A stretch of DNA of 30,812 bases from a virus (taxonomy: Duplodnaviria > Caudoviricetes): the IMG/VR virus record IMGVR_UViG_3300037697_000016, positions 1 to 30,812 of that record. The stretch is one strand, 5' to 3'. Position 1 is the stretch's first letter, and each line of letters starts with the position of its first letter. The position numbers and the translations under genes are program-made. This document shows, in pieces, positions 22,572 through 30,812 of the stretch. Below the pieces are notes generated by a model. The model saw only the letters and a program-made list of their open reading frames with translations, was not told the DNA's origin and did no database searches.

Positions 22572-25030
22572 CAGCGGCTACCTCGGGCGAGGGCTGCGCG
22601 CCGGAACGTCTTCTCGATCTGCTTGGCGACGGCGGTCTCGGCCATGACTTGCGCGGTCGTCCCGTCTGGCCACTGCAGGACGATCGGCGTTCCGCTGCTC
22701 TTTGCTGCGGACGTTGCTGGGGTGACGCGACCCGGATCGATGTTTCGCACCAGTCCGCCCGAGGCGTATCCGGGCAGCGCACGACTTCGAATGGCAGGGG
22801 AATTCAGCGCCGACACGAGTCCGCCCTTTTCATAACCGGGGATGCGCAGCGCGCGCATCGTGCGGGTGAATCCTTCGCGCCGGATCCGTTCGAAGAAGGA
22901 CAGTGCGCCGGGCTCGCGCACGCGCTCCATCGGCTGCACGTGCTCTTCCGCATGCACGAAGCCGGCCGGCTGGTATTTAGTGCCGGGCCCGGTCCATCCG
23001 CCGCGGGCGAATCCGTTCTGCTTCGAGTTCCATTCGCTGGCAGCGTCCGAAAACGGGCTGCCGCTCACAACCGCACTGATCCGGATCTGCTTTTCATCCG
23101 GGATCTCGGCGACCGACTTCTGGACTTTCGACAGATCCTTTTGCGCCTGCTCGGTATCCGCCGTTACCGCCACCTCTTTGGTCGGAGTGCCGCTCTGCGT
23201 GACGACGGTCGGCCCCCATCCGCCCTCAGGCTGCACCGGCGCGAAACTTCCTTCTGGCGCGACGGCCGATCCGTTCTGGACCGTGTTGACGGTGATCGTG
23301 ACGGTCTTGTCCTTGATCGCATCGAGTTCAGCCTTGAGGCGGGCGATCTCGGCCTCGGCTTCCGTGATGTCCGCCTGGATCGTTATCGGCTCGCCGATCT
23401 TGATCCTCAAGGCCTCGATGCGCTCTTCGTTTTCCCGGATCTGCGCTTGCTGCTCTGCGGCTTGATCGCCCAGCGTTGCGGCTTCCTTTTCCTTGATCTT
23501 GGCCTGCGACTTCAGGGCGTCTTCGCGAATCCGGCCGAGATCCCGGAACAGCTTGGCGGCGGTGTCGTCGTCGGAGACCTGATCGGCGAACTTCTCCGCG
23601 CGGTCGGCGAGCTTTGCCGCATCGGCCGCCAACTTTTCCGCCGACTTGATGTCACCCCGAAGGGCGGCATTTTGCGCGAACGTGGCGGACCGGCTGGCTT
23701 CGTCTCGCAGTAGCCCGGCTTGCTTGCGGGCAACCGCGCTTCGATCCTCGTCGCTGAGCCCGCGCAGCTCCCGGTCTGCCGCCTTGTCCTCGCCGGACTG
23801 CCGGGCATCCGCAGCAGACTGGAGCAGCGTCTTGGCTTCCTCGGCGGCTTTCTTCGCGCCGTCGATGCTGGCCTGCCATGCGGCTTGCAGTGCATTCTTC
23901 AGCGCGACCGCCCCACGGATGCCCTCGGTGTTCGCGGCCTTCTCGGCGGTGGCGCGCAGCCTGGCGAGCTCGACGACCTTTCCGGCGAGTTCCTTTTGGA
24001 CGCCGACGGCCTTTAGCTGCGCCTTCTCTTCCTGAAGGGCGTCGCCGGACTGCCGTCTGCGCTGCGACTCATAGAACGTGACCAGGGCTTCGAGCCGCTT
24101 CTGCTCCGCGTCGAGATCGCCGAACAGCCCCTTGGCGATGCCCGCGCCGAACCGATCTCCGCGTCGCAGTGCGTCCAGCTTTTTCTGCACATTGGCTATC
24201 GTGGCGTCAATGTCATCGCCCCCGGCTCTAAAAAATTCTTCCGGGAACAGCCCGACTCCGGCCTTTTTTGCGTCGAGGATTCGCGCAAGGTATTCGTTGA
24301 TGGCCGGGATCAGCTCACTCGTGAGCGAAATCGTAGCCCCGCGCGCGAGCGTCTGCATGCGGTTCAGGTTGTCGTTGAAATCCTCGGATGCTTTGGCAAG
24401 ATCCGTGCCGATCACGATGCCGAGCCGCTCCGCCTCTTCGCCCATCTCGGCAAGTCCAGCCGCGCCCGCGTTCAGTAGCGGGATGAGTTCGGGGCCGACG
24501 CGCTGCCCGAACACCTTCATCACGAGGTTGGTCTTTTCTACGCCGTCCGGAAGTTCGGAGATTTTCTGCGCGAACTCGGAGAAGACCTTGTCGGCCGGCT
24601 TGATCTTGCCGTCGATATCCTTGACCGACAGGCCGAGCGCGGTGAATGCTTCAGCGCCCTCGCCCGTGCCGGCGACGACATCGCCGATCGTGCGCGCGAG
24701 CTTGGCAAGGCCCTTTTCGAGCGCCTGCTGTGACACGTCGTTGAGGCTGGCGGCGTACTGCAGTTTTGACAGGGACTCGGTTGCGATGCCGGTCCGCGCG
24801 GACAACTTGGCAACCGCATCGCCGGTGTCCGCGACCGACTTTGCCATCGCGACGATTCCGCCAATCGACAGTGCGGATCCGATGCCGGCAAAGCTCAGCG
24901 CCCGGGATGCGAGCGTCTGCAGCCCGCCGAGGTCGGCACTCAGCCGCTTCAGCGCGCCCTTGGCTTTGCCGACTGCGCCTTCCAAGCCCTTGGCATCGCC
25001 GCTGATCTTGATTTTGTATTCAGTCGACAC
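22571..25030 (-). CDS. Tail tape measure protein (819 aa)
   Basis: Long Ala/Lys/Glu helical protein; [19 protein letters not shown] and C-terminal [25 protein letters not shown]; follows the chaperone genes. Confidence 0.9.
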   Translation of the reverse strand: MSTEYKIKISGDAKGLEGAVGKAKGALKRLSADLGGLQTLASRALSFAGIGSALSIGGIVAMAKSVADTGDAVAKLSARTGIATESLSKLQYAASLNDVSQQALEKGLAKLARTIGDVVAGTGEGAEAFTALGLSVKDIDGKIKPADKVFSEFAQKISELPDGVEKTNLVMKVFGQRVGPELIPLLNAGAAGLAEMGEEAERLGIVIGTDLAKASEDFNDNLNRMQTLARGATISLTSELIPAINEYLARILDAKKAGVGLFPEEFFRAGGDDIDATIANVQKKLDALRRGDRFGAGIAKGLFGDLDAEQKRLEALVTFYESQRRRQSGDALQEEKAQLKAVGVQKELAGKVVELARLRATAEKAANTEGIRGAVALKNALQAAWQASIDGAKKAAEEAKTLLQSAADARQSGEDKAADRELRGLSDEDRSAVARKQAGLLRDEASRSATFAQNAALRGDIKSAEKLAADAAKLADRAEKFADQVSDDDTAAKLFRDLGRIREDALKSQAKIKEKEAATLGDQAAEQQAQIRENEERIEALRIKIGEPITIQADITEAEAEIARLKAELDAIKDKTVTITVNTVQNGSAVAPEGSFAPVQPEGGWGPTVVTQSGTPTKEVAVTADTEQAQKDLSKVQKSVAEIPDEKQIRISAVVSGSPFSDAASEWNSKQNGFARGGWTGPGTKYQPAGFVHAEEHVQPMERVREPGALSFFERIRREGFTRTMRALRIPGYEKGGLVSALNSPAIRSRALPGYASGGLVRNIDPGRVTPATSAAKSSGTPIVLQWPDGTTAQVMAETAVAKQIEKTFRRAALARGSR

Positions 25031-25196
25031 CGTTCAACACCTCAAGGGCTGTCTGATATGCGCGCCAGGGGTAATCCCACACGCACGCATGCCCGCGCAT
25101 TACGAGGCGTGCTGCGTTGTGCTCGAGAATTGCAACCGGGCTTCTTGCTCGATCGTCCGGGCTGCGGCCGATATCGCTGCCCGGAGTGCGAAAAAA
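25020..25196 (-). CDS. -1 frameshift extension of the tail assembly chaperone (gpGT-like C-terminus)
   Basis: Slippery heptamer T TTT TTC at 25196-25190 in the chaperone frame. The -1 frame stays open to 25020, encodes ...[17 protein letters not shown] and overlaps the tape measure start. Confidence 0.65.
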   Translation of the reverse strand, partial: FFRTPGSDIGRSPDDRARSPVAILEHNAARLVMRGHACVWDYPWRAYQTALEVLNGVD

Positions 25197-25456
25197 TTGG
25201 GGTTGAGTTTCCTTGACGCGTCGGCGATGCGGTTGAGTTCGGCACCGGTGAGCGTGTCGGCCTGCTCGGGGGTGAGCGAGGACATCACGCCCAGGTCCGC
25301 CACCTCGCAATCGGCGATGATGCCGAGCGCGGCGGAATCGAACGGGATCAGCCCCGCATCGACCCGCACCGCCCATGCGCGCACCTCGCCGAGCGTGAGT
25401 TCCCGCACCGTGACGGCAAACCCGTTGAAGGCTAGGACTTCCTCGGCGCGGGCCAT
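25100..25456 (-). CDS. Tail assembly chaperone (gpG-like, 118 aa)
   Basis: Between tail tube and tape measure; VTVRELTLGEVR and LNPNFF segments. Confidence 0.8.
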   Translation of the reverse strand: MARAEEVLAFNGFAVTVRELTLGEVRAWAVRVDAGLIPFDSAALGIIADCEVADLGVMSSLTPEQADTLTGAELNRIADASRKLNPNFFALRAAISAAARTIEQEARLQFSSTTQHAS

Positions 25457-25459
25457 CGC

Positions 25460-26212
25460 TTACGACTCGACGTGGACTTCGAGGTACTTCGACTTGCCGG
25501 CGGCGACGACCGTCTCGTCCTTCTCGAAGGTGAGCGAAACCGTCAGCGTGCCGAACGTATCGCCCTCGGCGATCATGTCGACGTTCTGCGCCGCACCCAG
25601 CCGAACTTTGTGACCGCGGATGATGACCGACTTGCCGTCGATCGCATTGACGCCCTCGAAGTACAACGACATCAACGGCGCAGATCCAACCAGCGTCTGC
25701 ACATCGAAGCCGGCTTGCGGGGTGTAGTCGATCGTGATCGCGTCATCTTCGACCACGGTCGCAGTCCCGATCGTCGCCGCGATGGTGATGCCGCCAGGTG
25801 AGACGGTGTAATCGGTGACATCGATGACGGTGGCGCCCTTCTTCACGACCGGGGCGACAGCGATATCGATGATCCGGTCGGTCGGGATGAACGTCCCGGC
25901 GCGGATGATGCGGGCCTCGCCGACGATGGGCGTTGCGGCCAGTGCGGCGGTCGTGCCCCACAGCACCATCGCCCAATTCTCGGCGGTGTAGTGGCGCGGG
26001 TCGATCTGCCCGGTGACGGACTCGATGCGCTTGAAACTCGCGTCCGTGCCGCCGGAGGCGTCTCTGTAGTCGGGCAGCGTCGCCTCGGTTTCCGTAAAGC
26101 TGAATCGGAACACGCTGGTGTTCTGGATGTCACGGAACGTTCTGGCGCCAAACGTCGCGGCGCTTTCGTACGGGGCAAGCTTAATCTTGCCCTTGAAAAT
26201 TGATGCGGTCAT
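25460..26212 (-). CDS. Major tail tube protein (250 aa)
   Basis: Position after the terminator gene and before the chaperone; AAGGAG RBS; beta-rich; no sheath gene, so a siphovirus. Confidence 0.75.
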   Translation of the reverse strand: MTASIFKGKIKLAPYESAATFGARTFRDIQNTSVFRFSFTETEATLPDYRDASGGTDASFKRIESVTGQIDPRHYTAENWAMVLWGTTAALAATPIVGEARIIRAGTFIPTDRIIDIAVAPVVKKGATVIDVTDYTVSPGGITIAATIGTATVVEDDAITIDYTPQAGFDVQTLVGSAPLMSLYFEGVNAIDGKSVIIRGHKVRLGAAQNVDMIAEGDTFGTLTVSLTFEKDETVVAAGKSKYLEVHVES

Positions 26213-26224
26213 TTCGATGCTCCT

Positions 26225-26641
26225 TTAGGCGATTCCGGACTCGTGAGCCGGTACGGCAAAGCTGATTGATACGCGGGCAATCCGGCCATCGAACCCGGTC
26301 GGCTTCCCTGAAGTGAGGCGAGCAACGAGCCCCGTCCGCCACTCCCACCCGATCGCAGATTTCAGCGCGGCGGTGATCGTGTCCTGCGCGACCGTTGCGT
26401 CGTTCGGCCCTGCGCGCTGGACGTCCAGATAGACGTGGACCGAGAACCCCAGCCGCAGCATCGCGGACGATCCGGTTTCGTCCGCGGGGTCGAGCCCATC
26501 GAACACGACATGCGCGCCGACCGTCGGCGATTCCTCTGCCGACCAGTCGGTGTCGTCGAACGTGGATTTCACCGCGACGCCGGCCGGGGCTGCCGCTTGC
26601 AGCCGGGCCACATAGGCATCCTGGATCTCCCACAGCGTCAT
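26225..26641 (-). CDS. Tail terminator-like protein (138 aa)
   Basis: Size and position directly upstream of the tail tube gene. Confidence 0.55.
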   Translation of the reverse strand: MTLWEIQDAYVARLQAAAPAGVAVKSTFDDTDWSAEESPTVGAHVVFDGLDPADETGSSAMLRLGFSVHVYLDVQRAGPNDATVAQDTITAALKSAIGWEWRTGLVARLTSGKPTGFDGRIARVSISFAVPAHESGIA

Positions 26642-26934
26642 TTCTGCACGACCTCGCAGGCGGAAAAGTGCCCGTCCGTTTTGCGCGGGGTCGTAGCTAC
26701 GACGAAGAACGCACCGTTGACGCTGATTTCCTCACCCTTCGCGAGCGAATAGCTCGAGAGGTAGGTCAGTTGATGCGTGCCGACGGTGACGTATTCAAAC
26801 CCGATCTCGTCGGACGCGTTCATTTCCGCGCCGAAGGCCACCCCGTTCGCCAGTACGACATACGCATTCGCCAGCCGCGAGTTCGTCACGGCTGCGATGC
26901 GGGCCTCGATGTCGGCGAACGGGGCGAGGGTCAT
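26638..26934 (-). CDS. Head-tail joining protein (98 aa)
   Basis: Position after capsid/DUF2190; C-terminal GEEISVNGAFFVV...DG pattern of FII-like proteins. Confidence 0.6.
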   Translation of the reverse strand: MTLAPFADIEARIAAVTNSRLANAYVVLANGVAFGAEMNASDEIGFEYVTVGTHQLTYLSSYSLAKGEEISVNGAFFVVATTPRKTDGHFSACEVVQK

Positions 26935-27278
26935 TACGCGCCAGACGCGGTCACTGCGCCGAGTTTGATGCGCACGGTCGCGGACGGGTTCGCCGCGGCA
27001 GCAACCGCTACACCGACATTGACTTGCGCGGTCGCGGTCGTGTTCACGACCTTCGAGCCGGGCACCCAGAACACCCGGTCACCGACCGAGATCGCCAGCA
27101 CACTGGTCTTTGCGATATCGACCACACCTTCGACCAGGAACTCCCCGGCAGCGCCGGACGCGGTAGCAGCGAGCGCGACACCGAACAGGCCCGCGCCGAA
27201 CAGAAAGCCCTCGCCAGCGGCGACATCGGCGGAGGGCGTGAGGGTGAGGGTTCTTCCCTCTTGCACGTAATTGAGCAT
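26934..27278 (-). CDS. DUF2190-family capsid cement/decoration protein
   Basis: MLNYVQEGRTLTLT...GVALAATASGAAG...EGVVDIAK...GDRVFW; follows the ClpP-capsid fusion. Confidence 0.8.
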   Translation of the reverse strand: MLNYVQEGRTLTLTPSADVAAGEGFLFGAGLFGVALAATASGAAGEFLVEGVVDIAKTSVLAISVGDRVFWVPGSKVVNTTATAQVNVGVAVAAAANPSATVRIKLGAVTASGA

Positions 27279-27323
27279 TTTGTTTCTCCTAGCTGCCGGG
27301 CCGCTTTGGCCAGGCGATTGAGA

Positions 27324-29375
27324 TTACGCGCCAGCGTTGGTGACGGCGCCGCGGTAGTCGATTGCGGCCGCGCCGAACACGTGCTTCACGCGGTACTCAA
27401 TTCCGTCTTGGCGGAACCCGTCCTCGGACTTCACATCCGGTTCGCGGCGGCCGTCGAGGAAGGCCACTTCGATGACAGGCGCTTCGCTTGGATTGGCGAA
27501 CAGGTAACGACGGGTGCCGGTCATGCGCGGGGTATCCACGATGTCGCTGAACAGGCCGTTGACCATGTTCGGCCGCTGCAGCTTGTTGGCCGTGTCCGGG
27601 TCGTATTGAGCGTCGTTGATCACGCGTGCGGTTCCGCCGAGCGAAAGTGGCACGAGCAGAACAGACGGGCGCAGGTCGAGGAAATCATTCCCGCCGACAT
27701 CGGCCTGCGAGGCCATCGCAACGCGATCCAGATCCAGCGCAGCCACGGAGATCGCGGCGCCTGTGGTCAGGTTGCCGTGGTCGGCATGGAACAGCGTCCT
27801 GCTGTCGCTCATTGTCGGTCCGAGGCCCGAGTTTTCCGCGAGCAGCGCATATACAGTGGCTTCGATGGTCCTCGCCGCTGCACGGCCCTGCATCGCGGCG
27901 ACGCCCATGAACGCTCCGAGGTCGTCGTTGACGATCATCTCGGTAGTCAGCGCGATGATGTTGCCGTATTTGCGAGCGACAATGCTGGACTTTTCGCCGT
28001 CCGGAATCGCGACGTTGGTGTATTCGCCGCCCTCCGAGACTTGCGACAAGTTGCCAAGGCTGCCGACGCGGTAACGCGGGTGAGCACGGAAATCACTGAC
28101 CGATCCGATGGCGCAGAAACGCGCCCACGTGTCGCCGGCCGTCGCATAGGCCGCTTGCAGAACCTTGTGCATGGCATTTTCGAGCAGCACCGGGAAGTCG
28201 CCCGAGGTCTGCGTCAGCGCAGCCTTGGCGATGCTTTCGCGATCCATGTCACGGTAACGAATGCCGACACGATCAAGCGACGCGCGGGCGAAGTCGATCA
28301 AACTCTGACCACGCATCCCGCCTGCCGCTGCGATCTGCACCATCTTTGCATCCGCCTTGCCGGCCTTTGCCATGATGGTCGCGACGATCACTTCACGGCG
28401 CTTGTCGGTTTCGTCCTCGACAGTCTCGACGTGCGTCGCGCAGATCGGTTGCACGCTGGCGGCGAGCTTTGCGAGGATCTTCTTCGCGGCGGCTTCGGCG
28501 GTGCAGCCGTGGTCGTCTTCACACGCGGCTTGCAGATCGGCGATGCCTTCGTGCTTCGCGAACGGAGCGAACTCGGCGCGCACAGAGGCGCGGCGGCTCT
28601 TGTCGGCGGCGAGGATGGCGGCGGCGTTGGGGGCTTCGGGCATGGCAGGTGCGGGTGCAGCTGCCTGCGGGGTTGCCGTGTTAGGCATGGATGTAGTCTC
28701 CGTAGGAGTTGATGCCGCAGGCGCGGCGGGTTGCAAAACTGGGTTGATCGCTGCCGCAGACGGGTAGCGGGCAAGGGCTGCGGCGGGAATGGTGGCGGAT
28801 GCGGCGATCTGCAGGGCGGGCGTAACGGAATCGACGAAGCCGGCGGCGAGCGCTTCTTTCGCGGTGTACCAATGGTCTTTGCCGTCCGTGAGCAAAGTCA
28901 TGATCTCGTCGTGCGACTGACCCGACTTTGCGACGTAGCTCGACGCCATCGCCTCTGCATACCGGTCGAGCACGTCGGCCATTTCGCGCATCTCGACGCT
29001 GTTGCCGAGGATGCCGGCCCACGGCGCATGCAGCATGAAGAGCGCGTTTTCGGCCATCTCGACGGTGTCGCCCGCCATCGCGATCAGGCTGGCGATGCTG
29101 TAGGCGGCGCCCTCGATGCTGACGGCGATCTCAGCCGGGTGGCGCTTGATCGCGTTATGGATCGCGACGCCATCGGTCACACTGCCGCCGTAGGAACTCA
29201 TGCGGACGGTGATCTTGAGCGCGTCGATCGCGGCGAAGTTTTGCACGAACTCTTTCGCCGCTACGGTTTCCTCGTCCCACGATTCGCCGATGTCGCCGAA
29301 AATGTAAACCTCTGCGGCTTTCGGGGCGTTCGCTGCGCTCGCGCGGGCGCGGATGGAGTACCAAGGTTGCGGCAT
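27324..29375 (-). CDS. ClpP-like prohead protease / major capsid protein fusion (683 aa)
   Basis: N-terminal S14 protease motifs (SYGGSV, AAYSIAS, MLHAPW, DHWYTAKEALAAGFVD), a Pro/Ala linker, and a C-terminal capsid region (TSGDFPVLL...SVSDFR...IVNDDLGAF...DYRG). Confidence 0.9.
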   Translation of the reverse strand: MPQPWYSIRARASAANAPKAAEVYIFGDIGESWDEETVAAKEFVQNFAAIDALKITVRMSSYGGSVTDGVAIHNAIKRHPAEIAVSIEGAAYSIASLIAMAGDTVEMAENALFMLHAPWAGILGNSVEMREMADVLDRYAEAMASSYVAKSGQSHDEIMTLLTDGKDHWYTAKEALAAGFVDSVTPALQIAASATIPAAALARYPSAAAINPVLQPAAPAASTPTETTSMPNTATPQAAAPAPAMPEAPNAAAILAADKSRRASVRAEFAPFAKHEGIADLQAACEDDHGCTAEAAAKKILAKLAASVQPICATHVETVEDETDKRREVIVATIMAKAGKADAKMVQIAAAGGMRGQSLIDFARASLDRVGIRYRDMDRESIAKAALTQTSGDFPVLLENAMHKVLQAAYATAGDTWARFCAIGSVSDFRAHPRYRVGSLGNLSQVSEGGEYTNVAIPDGEKSSIVARKYGNIIALTTEMIVNDDLGAFMGVAAMQGRAAARTIEATVYALLAENSGLGPTMSDSRTLFHADHGNLTTGAAISVAALDLDRVAMASQADVGGNDFLDLRPSVLLVPLSLGGTARVINDAQYDPDTANKLQRPNMVNGLFSDIVDTPRMTGTRRYLFANPSEAPVIEVAFLDGRREPDVKSEDGFRQDGIEYRVKHVFGAAAIDYRGAVTNAGA

Positions 29376-29449
29376 GTCGATAGCCTGACGATTTGATTGG
29401 GCCGAGGCTACCGGCGCACGCGCGACATTTTCAGGGGCGGGGTGAGACT

Positions 29450-29764
29450 TTATGCAGCGGCGCTACACGCGAGATCCGGCGGAGCGAGCACGCAGAAGTC
29501 GATTCGCTTTTTCCGTCCTGCTGCCGTGGTGACGATGTTCGAGACCGAGCCGCCTGTTCCGGCCACGAAGGCGGAAACGATCGCGCCGTCCTGCTCGGGC
29601 GCGGTGATGACCACCACATCCGAGGTCCAGACGCTGGATGCGATCGTGTCGCCGACTGTCAGCAGATCGGTATGGTCGAGTGCATAGTCGAGGATGTCGT
29701 CGGCGTGCTGGATGACAGCGAGCGACCCGTCCTCGCGAACGTGGAATGCAGTGCGGGCGTTCAT
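29450..29764 (-). CDS. Small beta-sandwich adaptor-like protein (104 aa)
   Basis: ATGA overlap at 29764; DDILDYALDHTDLLTVGDTIASSVW...VTTAAGRKK pattern recalls phage fibre-adaptor proteins. Confidence 0.6.
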   Translation of the reverse strand: MNARTAFHVREDGSLAVIQHADDILDYALDHTDLLTVGDTIASSVWTSDVVVITAPEQDGAIVSAFVAGTGGSVSNIVTTAAGRKKRIDFCVLAPPDLACSAAA

Positions 29765-30807
29765 GCGGCGATCCTCAAAAGCCTTGGTTTCATCTTGACG
29801 ACTCGCGTGCGGAAGGCCGGCGTTGCGCGCACTGCACCGGTGAGCCACCCGGCGGCAATGGCCTGCGCGAGTGCGGCGCCGCTGAGCGTGATCGACGTGC
29901 TGAGCGTGCCGGCGGCGAGCGCCTGCGCGAGCGAGTAGCCTTCGAACGAGATCGACAGGGTCAGGTCGCCGGTCGCGCTCGAGATGGCCGCAGCAGCGCC
30001 CGACATCAGGATCGCCGAGCCGAGCGCGCCGGCCGCGCCGGCGGTGGCAGTGGCGGGGCCAACCAGCGGAATCGCGGTGCCGAGCAAGCCGGATGCGGAC
30101 GACTGCGCGCCGGCATCGCCCACCAGTCCGGATCCCGGCGCGGTGAGATCGGCGGACGCGAGCGCCTGCGCCAGTGCGGCGCCGCTCAGCCGGATCTCGA
30201 CGGTGAGCGTGCCGATTGCGGTTGCGAGTGCGCCCGCGTTGCCTTCCATGCCGCTGCCGGCGGTGAGGCTTGCGCTTGCCGCAGCGCTTCCGGATGCATG
30301 TCCAGCAAACTGGATTCCGGCGGAAAGTGCGGCAGCCGCGGCAGCCTGCGCGAGGGCAGGGCCGGACATGCTGATTTGCGTTAACAGATCGCCGTTCGCG
30401 ACCGATATCGATGCGGCTGGACCATCCATATGGATGGCGGTTGTGGCTGTGCCGGTTGCGGATGCGATCGAGACGGAGCCCCCGGAGAGCGGGATCGCGG
30501 TCGATAGACCCGCGGTCGCGGTAGCGGCGGAAGACGCGGCGCCTTCGAGCGACACGTCGAGCGCGAGGTCGCCCGTGGCAGAGGCGGTCGAGGCGGAGCT
30601 GCCTGCCAGCGGGATCGCGGTGCTGAGGTCGGCGGCGGCGGATGCGGCGGATGCGGCGGCACCTTCGAGGACTGCCGCGCCCCCACCCGCCCCGAGATCG
30701 AAATAGACCCGCCTCGGCTCGACGCGGATCATCTGCTCGGGGTCGTAGGATAGAGACTGTGCCTCGTCGTCGGTGTAGTCCCCGATTAAAAACCCCGCGA
30801 TCGACAC
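29761..30807 (-). CDS. Ala/Gly/Ser-rich repeat protein, fibre-like (may begin upstream of the window)
   Basis: About 14 repeats of 20 aa (e.g. LEGAAASAASAAADLSTAIP); the frame is open to the window edge. Confidence 0.7.
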   Translation of the reverse strand: MSIAGFLIGDYTDDEAQSLSYDPEQMIRVEPRRVYFDLGAGGGAAVLEGAAASAASAAADLSTAIPLAGSSASTASATGDLALDVSLEGAASSAATATAGLSTAIPLSGGSVSIASATGTATTAIHMDGPAASISVANGDLLTQISMSGPALAQAAAAAALSAGIQFAGHASGSAAASASLTAGSGMEGNAGALATAIGTLTVEIRLSGAALAQALASADLTAPGSGLVGDAGAQSSASGLLGTAIPLVGPATATAGAAGALGSAILMSGAAAAISSATGDLTLSISFEGYSLAQALAAGTLSTSITLSGAALAQAIAAGWLTGAVRATPAFRTRVVKMKPRLLRIAA

Positions 30808-30812
30808 ATCGC

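Larger units (their letters stand above)
1..30812. mobile_element. Temperate lambdoid siphophage genome segment, apparently non-integrated (attP intact)
   Basis: Contiguous phage modules (replication, cro/cI switch, recombination, xis/int, tail, head). No host housekeeping gene is present, and phage sequence lies on both sides of the tRNA-like att core. Confidence 0.95.

Noticed and set aside
16583-30706. Long plus-strand ORFs over the structural module (e.g. 22523-23713, 24078-25613, 27024-28712)
   Set aside because: They are antisense to tape measure, capsid and tail genes, with Arg/Ser/Pro-rich shadow composition.

Overview
The whole window is one GC-rich temperate, lambdoid-type siphophage genome segment, with no host genes. 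The host is probably a beta- or gamma-proteobacterium (weak inference). From left to right: (i) the early-right/replication operon on the minus strand: RusA, a DnaB-like helicase, a replication initiator with internal iterons, a beta-class DNA methyltransferase, an SF2/SNF2-like helicase, a CII-like protein and Cro. (ii) An immunity region with matching 17-bp TTCAAC-N5-GTTGAA operators at two near-identical promoters, and an atypical CI-like repressor that has no S24 autopeptidase, ends in an Arg-rich tail and is coupled to two paralogous small genes. (iii) The early-left operon: two micropeptides, about 520 nt of hairpin-dense non-coding sequence, a very acidic protein, Sak4-like ATPase, SSB, a DEDD exonuclease, small genes and Xis. 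(iv) An apparently intact attP (a tRNA 3'-end copy plus arm repeats) lying between xis and the tyrosine integrase, which implies the non-integrated form. (v) Two tandem promoter-headed cassettes with acr-aca-like architecture (small unknown gene + HTH or RHH regulator). (vi) The tail and head module on the minus strand: tail-tip genes, tape measure, a chaperone with a -1 frameshift, tail tube, a ClpP-capsid fusion, and fibre-like genes upstream of the capsid gene. The best leads are the candidate anti-defence cassettes, the repressor/paralog module and the structured RNA leader. All family calls come from motif recognition by eye; no database searches were run.
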